DNA of 63,881 bases from positions 1-63,881 of the IMG/VR virus record IMGVR_UViG_3300017963_000283; one strand, given 5' to 3'. The DNA comes from a virus (lineage: Duplodnaviria; Caudoviricetes). How positions within the stretch are numbered: position 1 is the first letter of the stretch; every line of letters starts with the position of its first letter. The notes under the pieces were generated by a model, which was not told the DNA's origin, searched no databases, and was given only the letters and a program-made list of their open reading frames with translations. Both the position numbers and the translations under genes were made by a program. Shown piece after piece: positions 55,618 to 63,881 of the stretch.

Positions 55618-56699
55618 ATAAACAGAACCTCTGGATTGTCGGCGGCGGTGAAGAGGCGGTACCGGGCATCGAGCGGGCCAAGCAGATGGGACTGCGTGTG
55701 ATTGTTTCAGACGGCAATAGTAAGGCGCCGGGCTTCGACTTGGCCGATGCGCACTTTGTGGTGAGCACCTACGATTACCTGGCACATATACGGCTGGCGG
55801 ACAAGCTGAAGCACAAGCCGGACGGCGTCATCTGCATGGGCTGTGATGTGCCGGTGACGGTGGCAAGGCTGGCCGAGCATTTGGGTTGTACCACCATCGG
55901 CATGTTTGTAGCAACTTTATCGGCTGACAAGTATTGGCAGAAGTGCGAGCTGCGGCGGCAGGGTATCCAGGTGCCACGGTTCTGGAACTTGTACAAGACA
56001 ACACTGGGCGAGGTCGAGGGGCAGTTGCCGCTGGTTATCAAGCCGATAGACAGCCGCGGCGCAAGAGGTGTCCGGCTGGTGCGCAACGCTGCTGATATTC
56101 GGCATGCCTACGAGGAGGCTAGGCAGTACGGTAGCGGTGTTCTGGCCGAGGAGTTTTTGGAAGGGCCACAGATCAGCACCGAGTCTGTTATCACAGCTAC
56201 AGGGGCGGCTACACCGGGCTTCTCCGACCGCAACTACGACTTCGAGGCTACCTATCCCTACATGGTTGAAAACGGCGGCACCATGCCGTCACAGCTCAGC
56301 CTCGAGCAGCAGGCGCAGGTGTGCTGGACGGCGGAAGCGGCGGCGCGGGCGCTGGGTTTTGTCAACTGCACAGCTAAGGGCGACCTGGTGCTGACTAAGG
56401 ACGGGCCGAAGGTGATCGAGATGGCGGCCAGGCTGAGCGGCGGCTACTTCGCCACGGACCAGATACCGCTGAGCACCGGCGTGGACCTGGTAGGGATAGC
56501 CATACGGCTGGCTCTGGGCGAGGCTGTGGATATTCAGGATGCAATACCGAAAAAGCATATGCCGGTGGCCATACGCTACCAGATACCGGACGGGGTGAAG
56601 GACCATACGCAGCGGGGGCTGCACCACATTGCGCTGGCTACCAGCCGGGAGTCGGCGGTGTGGCAGGCTGAGTATATGTGCAGGATTATGGGGGAGTAA
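55614..56699 (+). CDS. ATP-grasp ligase 3
   Basis: IVGGGEEAVPGI..AK.MG, DK..QK, IKPIDSRGARGV, EEFLEGPQISTE, IEMAARLSGG. Confidence 0.9.
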   Translation: MNKQNLWIVGGGEEAVPGIERAKQMGLRVIVSDGNSKAPGFDLADAHFVVSTYDYLAHIRLADKLKHKPDGVICMGCDVPVTVARLAEHLGCTTIGMFVATLSADKYWQKCELRRQGIQVPRFWNLYKTTLGEVEGQLPLVIKPIDSRGARGVRLVRNAADIRHAYEEARQYGSGVLAEEFLEGPQISTESVITATGAATPGFSDRNYDFEATYPYMVENGGTMPSQLSLEQQAQVCWTAEAAARALGFVNCTAKGDLVLTKDGPKVIEMAARLSGGYFATDQIPLSTGVDLVGIAIRLALGEAVDIQDAIPKKHMPVAIRYQIPDGVKDHTQRGLHHIALATSRESAVWQAEYMCRIMGE

Positions 56700-56703
56700 T
56701 TTT

Positions 56704-57081
56704 ATGAAATCCATCAGTGTGACAGTAACAGACGAAAATAAGGACGGTTGGGTGCAAATCGCAAAGCGGAGAGGTTTCTCGTCGTCTAGAGCCATGCGGG
56801 AAGCTATGAAGTTATGGACTGATGTAGAGGACGACTTTCTAGAACTAACTGGAAGGCTGGCCGATCAGTTCAATGTTTCAAGGTCTACCGTTATCCAGCA
56901 CTGTGTATGGGAATTAGTTGCTCGGGAAATAGCATTGGAAAATATGAGCAAATTTAGCCAGCCGGTTGAATTGTTTCCAAAAACAATAGGCGGCAAGTTA
57001 ATTACAGGTGAGGAGTTCTTCAAGACTAGAATCGCTGAATGGACAATACGTCTTGAGGCTGAAGAAACAGATGAAGACTAG
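56704..57081 (+). CDS. Ribbon-helix-helix-like regulator
   Basis: MKSISVTV...AKRRG.SSSRAMREAM. Confidence 0.5.
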   Translation: MKSISVTVTDENKDGWVQIAKRRGFSSSRAMREAMKLWTDVEDDFLELTGRLADQFNVSRSTVIQHCVWELVAREIALENMSKFSQPVELFPKTIGGKLITGEEFFKTRIAEWTIRLEAEETDED

Positions 57082-57526
57082 CGATAGACTAGCTATTTCC
57101 AAGAATATATTAGTCCGTAACGACAAGGGAACGGTCTTGTTTTGTGAAGCCTGCGAGAGGTGTTTTATCGTGAAAAAAGGGGATGATTTGAGAAAGGCCT
57201 GTTCGGCTGAATGTCAAGCTGAATTACGGGGTACTAAATCGGCGCAATCAAAGGTAATAGCTAGGGCGCTTGCTAAGCTGGGCAGGGAACCGTTGTCGGT
57301 TAAGGTGTCCGGAGTTTTTCTGCGTGCGTTAATGGCTGGGCTTGAGCCGAAGTCAAACTCGGCTACGTTCGAAATCAAGGGATCGCCACACCTTGAAATC
57401 AATGTGCAGATAGAAAATGGATCAGCTAGATGTTTCGGCTACAACACGAAAACCGGGGTATTTCGTGAGTTAAATGATTGTGGGGATTTGAAGGAAGCGA
57501 AAGAGGCAATGCTGACAGAAGCCTGA
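57071..57526 (+). CDS. Hypothetical protein with Zn finger
   Basis: CEAC...ACSAEC. Confidence 0.5.
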   Translation: MKTSDRLAISKNILVRNDKGTVLFCEACERCFIVKKGDDLRKACSAECQAELRGTKSAQSKVIARALAKLGREPLSVKVSGVFLRALMAGLEPKSNSATFEIKGSPHLEINVQIENGSARCFGYNTKTGVFRELNDCGDLKEAKEAMLTEA

Positions 57527-57528
57527 GC

Positions 57529-57935
57529 ATGAAAAAGTTCGAGGGGGATTATTCCGCCATTCGTAGGACTCGGCGAATGATGGAGGGGAAAGTACCAAGC
57601 GGGTCTATTCACGCCTTGTATTTATCCAGTCTTGTTTCCGGCTTGAGGGAATGGGAAAACCACATAGCAAGAGGTCGCCCATGCCGAACGACCTCCCGCC
57701 ACCGCTCTAGATCTGGACACATTATATCCGGGCCGTATGACCGGGAGGATGGATGAAAGAGCAGCTAGACGACGATGTTAGGAAGGTTGCCCTGTTTTTG
57801 CAGAAGATGAAGCGGTCGCCAGATTGGCCGCGAGTGAGGCAGATTATTCTCCATGTGAAGCCGAGCGAGGGTGTGATAGCTAAAATTCAGATTGAGTGCC
57901 CTAAGTTTTTTAACCTCAAGGACGGTCATTGGTGA
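57529..57935 (+). other. Two small hypothetical ORFs (57529-57756, 57753-57935)
   Basis: ATGA coupling; GGAGG RBS for the second. Confidence 0.45.
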
Positions 57936-57952
57936 TGTTTGGCTTATGAACA

Positions 57953-57961
57953 TGATATAAT
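57953..57961 (+). promoter_or_regulatory. Extended -10 promoter candidate
   Basis: TGaTATAAT in an AT-rich intergenic gap. Confidence 0.45.
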
Positions 57962-58067
57962 AATAATGAGGACATAGTTTTTCTGACGTAAATTGGTTAA
58001 CGGTAGACACCGAACCAGATAGCTAGTTTTGATTGGTCCCACCGGCAGACGCCGACCCCATCTTTGA

Positions 58068-58427
58068 TCGAAAGCACGATCAATTTCAAAAGAAAATTGT
58101 AAGCATGGCATAAAGGCTTCTTGCTGTGTTTATTGTAGGGCTGTACCTAACCCAGCTTATGCTGGTGGTAAGTATAAACATTGTTCTAACTGTGGTAAGA
58201 AAAAACACGAATCTGAATTTAGTCCAGATTTGAGGCAATTGGATCGTCTGCACAGTTACTGTAAACAATGCCGAGCAAGATACATGCGGTCCAAGTATTG
58301 GGAGGATGCTTGGGTTAGTCCTTGGAATACAACGGAACAAGATTTATATGACTTTATAGCGCGTCCAAACTCAGAGGGTAAGAGACTGTCCGAAGGGTTT
58401 AGGATGATGGACAACGATTTCGACTAA
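58068..58427 (+). CDS. Zn-finger ORF without a canonical start (possible ATT start or frameshift)
   Basis: Open frame carries CKHGIKASCCVYC and CSNCGK upstream of the first TTG at 58230. Confidence 0.4.
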   Translation, partial: SKARSISKENCKHGIKASCCVYCRAVPNPAYAGGKYKHCSNCGKKKHESEFSPDLRQLDRLHSYCKQCRARYMRSKYWEDAWVSPWNTTEQDLYDFIARPNSEGKRLSEGFRMMDNDFD

Positions 58428-58490
58428 AGTCCTGACGATCCTCACGATGACGGTGAGTTGATCTCGGCACAATATCAATATGGGAGAGGT

Positions 58491-59283
58491 ATGTCTAGAA
58501 GAAGAAAACGCGGGCAAACCGCTGTTTTAGTTACACCTTACAATTCCAGAAAGACGATACCACGGCAGGAGGCTCGTTTGCAGGTTCAGTTCTGCCAAGC
58601 CGAGATGGTATCGGATGAGCCGTTTACCGTTCGCAGCTTGTGGTTTCCGGCTTTCAAGGATGAGTTGAAATACCAGGAAGGCAGGTATGTGACCGGTTTT
58701 ACTCACGGTGCCTGGAATGGGAAAGAAGGGAACGCTGGTGTTGTTCGCTGCAGACCTCCAGCGGGAAGGTTTTCGCCTGAATACATCGAACTAAAAGGCT
58801 TGATGGCGCAAGGGCCAATCAAGCGGGGAGTGTAATGGCTTTCTATTATTGCGAAGAATGTGATGCAACACATAAAGAGGGTGAAGGGTGCGGAAAGGCT
58901 CCCGCTGGGGTAGAGCGTAAACTTGCTGCCATAGATGGCAAGTTGGATGCTCTGTTGCTGCACCTTGGCGTATCCCAGCTACCGATTATGAAGCCGGGTA
59001 TGGTGAAGCGGCTGTGGGAGTTTCTTGACAAGGAGATGAAAGAAACACTCGATGAGTCGCAGATTGACAGCCTGTTATGATCCTGCCGTTTCAAGCCAAG
59101 CAAAAAGCCAATGCCGTCACAGCACCAAATGACCCGGAGTGGCTCTGGCAGCAAATCCACGATGCACTTATCAAGAGCGAAGCAAAGACGGCGTTTAAGC
59201 TACTGGTGCGCTATTTGCAGCGGATGGAAGAGTACCGGGCGGCTAGTCATGTTGAGCGAATGCTGAATGGGGCGAGCAAGTGA
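58491..59283 (+). other. Three coupled hypothetical ORFs (58491-58835, 58835-59080, 59077-59283)
   Basis: TAATG/ATGA overlaps and RBS-like sequences. Confidence 0.5.
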
Positions 59284-59411
59284 AGAAACGGACTTTTCAA
59301 GAAGAGCTGGAGCACTATCGTTTCATGGCTGATTTTTTCGGCGTGCTAGCGATAGTTTTGGCATTAATTTCTTTGCTTCTAGTTGCTTTAGATTTGTGTC
59401 TCAAGTAGTGG

Positions 59412-59735
59412 TTGGAAGGGTCTTCTATGGCTATTGTCAAACTCAACCTAAGATCAGCCGAAAATAAGGCCAGAGACAAGGTGCTATCTAAGGCATACAA
59501 GGTTGGTTGGCTGGATTTTGAGGCTAAGCTTGGTTGCTGTGTTACCGGGTATGTCATAACGAGCGGTGAGATGGACTTATTTGGTCCTGAAATCGAAGCT
59601 AGCAGGAGCAGCGGTTATGTGGATGCTAAGCGGTATCATGACGGCAAGGTTCCACTTGCCGAAGCTGGTCATTCATTTTCAACCGGTATTCTAGTGGCAG
59701 TTAGTGGCGGCAATAAAGAAGAGTGGCCCAAGTAG
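59412..59735 (+). CDS. Hypothetical protein
   Basis: Overlaps the start of the Maf-like gene. Confidence 0.45.
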   Translation: MEGSSMAIVKLNLRSAENKARDKVLSKAYKVGWLDFEAKLGCCVTGYVITSGEMDLFGPEIEASRSSGYVDAKRYHDGKVPLAEAGHSFSTGILVAVSGGNKEEWPK

Positions 59736-61192
59736 CGGTTAATCAAGCCAGTTCTCTCGACCCAGTAGGAGATGCACGGCACTGGGTTAAGAGCATAGAC
59801 ACTTCTCGCGGCTTCCTGTTTCTGTTCGGTGGTCTCAAAAGCCATATCGAGGCACTTCTGGAGAAAGGGCCAAAAGACTTGATCCTGTTTGTGCTGGAGC
59901 CGGATCGCTTCCTGGCCTATCAGCATGAACGGGTGTTGATGTTTCATACACTAGAGGATCTTGGCCGTTCGTTTCCAGTCTGGGACATCCGGCGCAAGGG
60001 CTTCAAGCTGGCATCTATCCCAAGCTACCGACTGCTCTATCCTAAGCTGTACCGGGACTGGGTGATGTGGATGGAGAAACAGGCGGCGGCAACAGCTGTG
60101 GACCTGGTTACGTCGCACCGGTTCTCGCGGGAATGGCAGAAGAACACGCTGGAGAATATGGTCTGGCTGAAAAAGGCCGGTCCTGTCAGTGACCTGTTCG
60201 GTAAATGGCAGAAAAAGCCGTTTGTCATTGTTTCGGCCGGCCCTTCGCTAGACACTTCCCTGGATGAGCTGAGAAAAGCACAGGGCAGGGCATTCATCGT
60301 AGCTGCCGGGACCACGGCGCCGATTCTGCAGCGGGAAGGCATCGAGCCGAGCATGTACATCGCCTTTGATGCCGGGCTGGCGAACTGGAGAGCGCATTTT
60401 AGGGGTTTGAAAATAAAGGCCCCCCTCCTATTCGATTTAATGGTTCATCCGTTCTGTTTACAGGACCATTTTGGACCTAAAACTGTGATGCAGATCTGGC
60501 CGTTCGAGTATCTGGCACAGGCGCTGCAGTACGACCTCGGGATTGTCCGGGTAGGGCCGTCAGTGGCTAATAGTGCTATGCGGCTAGGTGTCAGGATGGG
60601 CGCGAGCCCTATTATTCTCGTGGGCCAGGACTTGGGCTTCAGGAGTGGCCGCTATCACGCTAAAGGAACACACCAGACCATCGAAGCGGTGCCGATACCT
60701 GATATACGGGCCAAGATACCGGCGGTCGGCGGCGGCACGATAGAGACAACACTGACGATGCAGACGTTTTTCTGGAACTTCTGTGAGATCGTATCCACCA
60801 ATCCGGGCCGCTACATCAATGCATCCTTTGGGGCGAAGATTCCAGGCACAGAGGACATGCCGCTATCTGAGGTGGTTGATTCAGTGCTGACAACGGACTA
60901 TAGCCGAGAACTGGCAATACTGAAATGCGAAAAGGGCAAATTCAACTTGCTGGGCTTGGCCGATGAGTTGCAAAAAACGATAGATGTCTCAGTGGACCTG
61001 CTGAAGAACACCGAAAAGCGGGTGCTGTCCAACTACTTGAACACCAGAGCACTCAATCCGCTGTCGTTTATCCTGAGCCCGATCTGGTCTCACCCACGCT
61101 GCGATGAGGACTGGGGATATGAGAAGACACGAGAGGAGCTGGGCTGGGTGCTGCCGATATTGAGAAAAACGGTCGAGGAGTTGCGGGCGTAA
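59723..61192 (+). CDS. Maf / DUF115 (MAF_flag10) family glycosyltransferase-like protein
   Basis: FVIVSAGPSL, IVAAGT...L...GIEP....AFD, GPSVAN.A......MGA.PIILVGQDLGF...YHA.G; Maf-like N-terminal region. Confidence 0.85.
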   Translation: MAQVAVNQASSLDPVGDARHWVKSIDTSRGFLFLFGGLKSHIEALLEKGPKDLILFVLEPDRFLAYQHERVLMFHTLEDLGRSFPVWDIRRKGFKLASIPSYRLLYPKLYRDWVMWMEKQAAATAVDLVTSHRFSREWQKNTLENMVWLKKAGPVSDLFGKWQKKPFVIVSAGPSLDTSLDELRKAQGRAFIVAAGTTAPILQREGIEPSMYIAFDAGLANWRAHFRGLKIKAPLLFDLMVHPFCLQDHFGPKTVMQIWPFEYLAQALQYDLGIVRVGPSVANSAMRLGVRMGASPIILVGQDLGFRSGRYHAKGTHQTIEAVPIPDIRAKIPAVGGGTIETTLTMQTFFWNFCEIVSTNPGRYINASFGAKIPGTEDMPLSEVVDSVLTTDYSRELAILKCEKGKFNLLGLADELQKTIDVSVDLLKNTEKRVLSNYLNTRALNPLSFILSPIWSHPRCDEDWGYEKTREELGWVLPILRKTVEELRA

Positions 61193-61383
61193 TGTTTACG
61201 AAAGATGGGAAGGTCCATTTAGAGGTGGGCAGGGATATTGACGAGGCCACCTACCGGAAGATTCAAAAAGCCGCATATAGGCTTGGTGTGACTCCCGATG
61301 AATGGCTTGAGATAGTGTTCAAACGCTGGATTGAGATGTTTGACGATATCGAGTGCACTAATGAGGAATTGAAGCGTGATTAG
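61192..61383 (+). CDS. Small RHH-like protein
   Basis: TYRKIQKAA..LGVTPDEWL. Confidence 0.45.
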   Translation: MFTKDGKVHLEVGRDIDEATYRKIQKAAYRLGVTPDEWLEIVFKRWIEMFDDIECTNEELKRD

Positions 61384-62212
61384 CACATTGGGCTTGATTG
61401 GATTTTTATTTGCTGGAGGCATCATGACTTTACATCAGCAGGCACTGCATCCACAGGTGCGCATCCGAGCGGCGGATGCCGGCGGCAGTGGGACAGTCAT
61501 CTACTCACAGAAAGCGGATGATGGATTCTACTCGACGCTGATTTTGACCTGTCATCACGTCGTTGAGAAAAACATCAACGTCAAGGATGATTGGGATTCC
61601 GTGCTGAAGAAGCAGAAGAAAAGGGAGTCACTGACACCCGTTGTAGTTGAGTTTTTTAACTGGGATTCGGTACCACACGGCAAAGCACCGCTGACGCACG
61701 GCACCACGGGCGACATTGTAGCCTACAGCCAAAAGCACGACATAGCACTGGTACATCTGCGGTTGAGAGAGAAGCCCCCGGTAGCTAAGCTGCTGCCGCC
61801 GGGTAAAGTGGAAGATGTCATCATCGGCAGTGAAGTGGTCATCGTGGGCTGTGCTTTGCTGCATGACCCGATTATGACACGAGGCAGTGTTACCCACCAG
61901 GGCGATTTGATTGACGGCATGGACTACTGGATGAGTGATGCGCAGATCATCTTCGGCAACTCGGGCGGAGCGGCATTTGCTCATCTGAACGGCGGTTATT
62001 ATTTCATCGGCATTCCATCCAGGATCGACATTGCCGGCTGGAGTGCTCCCGTGACGCATCTCGGCTATTTTTCACCCGTACCGCGCATCTACAAGTTTTT
62101 CCGAGAGCAGATGTATGAGTTTCTGATTCCAGGCAGCAAAAAGACGGAAGCCGAATGTCTGGATGAATTGGAAAAGCGCCGGGAACTGGAAGAGAAGAAA
62201 CTGTACGAATAG
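61376..62212 (+). CDS. Trypsin-like serine protease
   Basis: GSGTVI, LTCHHV (His), DIAL (Asp), GNSGG (Ser). Confidence 0.88.
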   Translation: MISTLGLIGFLFAGGIMTLHQQALHPQVRIRAADAGGSGTVIYSQKADDGFYSTLILTCHHVVEKNINVKDDWDSVLKKQKKRESLTPVVVEFFNWDSVPHGKAPLTHGTTGDIVAYSQKHDIALVHLRLREKPPVAKLLPPGKVEDVIIGSEVVIVGCALLHDPIMTRGSVTHQGDLIDGMDYWMSDAQIIFGNSGGAAFAHLNGGYYFIGIPSRIDIAGWSAPVTHLGYFSPVPRIYKFFREQMYEFLIPGSKKTEAECLDELEKRRELEEKKLYE

Positions 62213-62215
62213 CCT

Positions 62216-63040
62216 ATGGCCAATTACATAGTACGCACAGTAGACGGGCTCGAGCACAGCTTAGACGGTGTAAGGCCGTTACAACTGACAAGCGGTGCCG
62301 AGTATGTGTTCCACGATGAGCAGGACCGGGGCATTCCTTTTCGCTGTCCGATCCGGTCGGTAACGGCCATTATTGACAGGTCGCAGTATCAGACCACACA
62401 GACCAAGGACGATGCAGCCAAGGAAACATGGATTAACAACCAGAGTGTAGTGAGTGAGCAGATCCGTGAAAATGTTCTGAAAGAGGCTAAGCAGAACGCG
62501 GATCGCTATGTGGTGAGACCACTGGAGACCGGCAAGCGCAAATTACAGATATTCGACACTGCAGAAATAGAAGCGGGTCCGGTTGAGATCGACTGGCCGG
62601 AGTTACCGAAGTGGCCGCTCAAGACACCTCCTAAGCAGTACCTAAGCCGTCATCCACATGGTAAGCACTCATCGCTGGCGCGGGCGCTGCTGGTACCGCT
62701 GAGAGCCGTAGTCGAGACACTGGTTGCTTTTGCCAATGACAACTACCGGGAGCGGCTGGCCGAGGAAGACCCAAGCGAGCCGGCGCTGGTTATCAAGGTA
62801 ACAGACATTGGTGATGAGCCATACGCCACGATGCCTGCAGATGCATTTAACGAGATGGTAGCTAATAACGAGCTGCAGCCGGTGCTGTCACCGGTATGGA
62901 AGAAGGGCCAGCGCTACTTCAGGCCGGAACAGCGGCAGGACGGCTCCTTTGTGCTGCGCCAGTGCCGTATGGAGTTTGATGGCCGAGCCAAGCCGCAGCA
63001 AGTGAACCTGAACGTGCCGAGAGGTGCTATTACGGGATGA
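62216..63040 (+). CDS. Hypothetical protein
   Basis: 274-aa co-directional ORF. Confidence 0.55.
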   Translation: MANYIVRTVDGLEHSLDGVRPLQLTSGAEYVFHDEQDRGIPFRCPIRSVTAIIDRSQYQTTQTKDDAAKETWINNQSVVSEQIRENVLKEAKQNADRYVVRPLETGKRKLQIFDTAEIEAGPVEIDWPELPKWPLKTPPKQYLSRHPHGKHSSLARALLVPLRAVVETLVAFANDNYRERLAEEDPSEPALVIKVTDIGDEPYATMPADAFNEMVANNELQPVLSPVWKKGQRYFRPEQRQDGSFVLRQCRMEFDGRAKPQQVNLNVPRGAITG

Positions 63041-63515
63041 GCGAAGGAAGGCGTTATAAAGTTATTTATGTAGCCTTTGAGTTATTAGAAGCTGCGTTGT
63101 TGGGGCAAGGTGGTTTATTTACTGGAGTTTCAAACTTGCCGTTAGATATTAGAATCGTCAAAGTGTTTCAAAATGATAATGATTGGATTGGCCATAGACG
63201 CTTTGGGGTGATTGTTGAAAGCTCGTTGTGGCCAATTCTAGAAGCTGGTGAGAAAATTCCAGAACAGGACGTCGTTATTAAGCAGTGAGCGATAACAAGT
63301 ATAAGATGTCTCTAGCAGAAGCACAGCGTATATCACTACTTGTATCCATATCCGATCCACAGGCGGCAATGACGATTGCGCATCTGGTCATATCCAGGAT
63401 GACAGACGAGGAAGTTATTGATTTGATAAGAGCCATTGAAGAGGCTGGTCAGGAAGTCAAGAAGGGCAGGACCGACGAAGACTGGCTCGAGAAAGTAGCC
63501 AAAGGGATTCAGTAA
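63037..63515 (+). other. Two small coupled hypothetical ORFs (63037-63288, 63285-63515)
   Basis: ATGA/GTGA overlaps. Confidence 0.5.
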
Positions 63516-63854
63516 GTGCCACACAGACCCAAGAAGCCATGTAGCCATCCAAGCTGTCCAAGGCTGGTGACAAGAGGCCGGTACTGCGAAGAGCACAAGC
63601 TACCAGTCGAGGAAAACAGAGCAACGTCACCAGAAAGAGGATATGACTGGAAGTGGAGAAGAGCACGGGTCAACTTCCTGAAAAAGCATCCCCTGTGTGT
63701 TGAATGCCTATCCCTGGGCTTGGTAACTGCTGCTGAGGTAGTGGACCATATCAAGCCGCATCGGGGAGACAAGAAGCTGTTTTGGAATGCGAAGGATAAT
63801 TGGCAAAGCCTTTGTACTGAACACCATAACCGGAAGACGGGGAGGGGGGAGTGA
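63516..63854 (+). CDS. HNH endonuclease (HK97 gp74-like, packaging-associated)
   Basis: PCSHPSC, RGYD.KW..AR..FL..HPLC..C, VDHI.PH.GD, NWQSLC..HHN.KT. Confidence 0.93.
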   Translation: MPHRPKKPCSHPSCPRLVTRGRYCEEHKLPVEENRATSPERGYDWKWRRARVNFLKKHPLCVECLSLGLVTAAEVVDHIKPHRGDKKLFWNAKDNWQSLCTEHHNRKTGRGE

Positions 63855-63881
63855 AAATCGTGTCAAGTCGAGCTCTGCTAC

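Noticed and set aside
47442-56699. ATP-grasp genes as purine synthesis or Z-base pathway
   Set aside because: No PurA/PurZ motifs and no other pur genes recognised
59723-61192. MptE pterin diphosphokinase function for the DUF115 protein
   Set aside because: At 489 aa with a Maf-like N-terminal region and no folate/pterin genes nearby, Maf is the better reading
1-63881. Stop-codon reassignment
   Set aside because: TAA, TAG and TGA all terminate well-defined genes and conserved genes are uninterrupted

Overview
The window looks like an essentially complete ~63.9 kb tailed-phage genome (siphovirus, HK97-type head). It opens at the terminase small subunit and ends at an HNH endonuclease, which suggests it is linearised at a cos site. 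Layout: packaging, head and tail genes (0-23.9 kb), with an extra fibre-like module between terL and portal and a -1 frameshifted tail chaperone; an adjacent dockerin and cohesin gene pair; a lysis cassette (25.2-27.1 kb); a short leftward operon and a control region with two sigma70-type leaderless promoters; recombination, replication and DNA-methylation genes (30-46 kb); and a long accessory arm (45.5-62 kb). That arm carries a PP-loop (PAPS-reductase-like) gene, a TGT/DpdA-like gene, three ATP-grasp ligases, a SAM methyltransferase, a split transketolase, an SDR and a Maf/DUF115-type glycosyltransferase, interleaved with small genes bounded by duplicated RBS/start junctions. No integrase, CI-like repressor, RT, CRISPR array or canonical tRNA was recognised. 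Best candidates for new biology: (1) a phage-encoded sugar-tailoring and Maf glycosylation pathway, (2) a phage dockerin-cohesin pair, (3) a 20-aa-repeat string-and-beads fibre module, (4) a TGT-like DNA modification without que genes. All family calls come from motifs recognised by eye; no database search was run.
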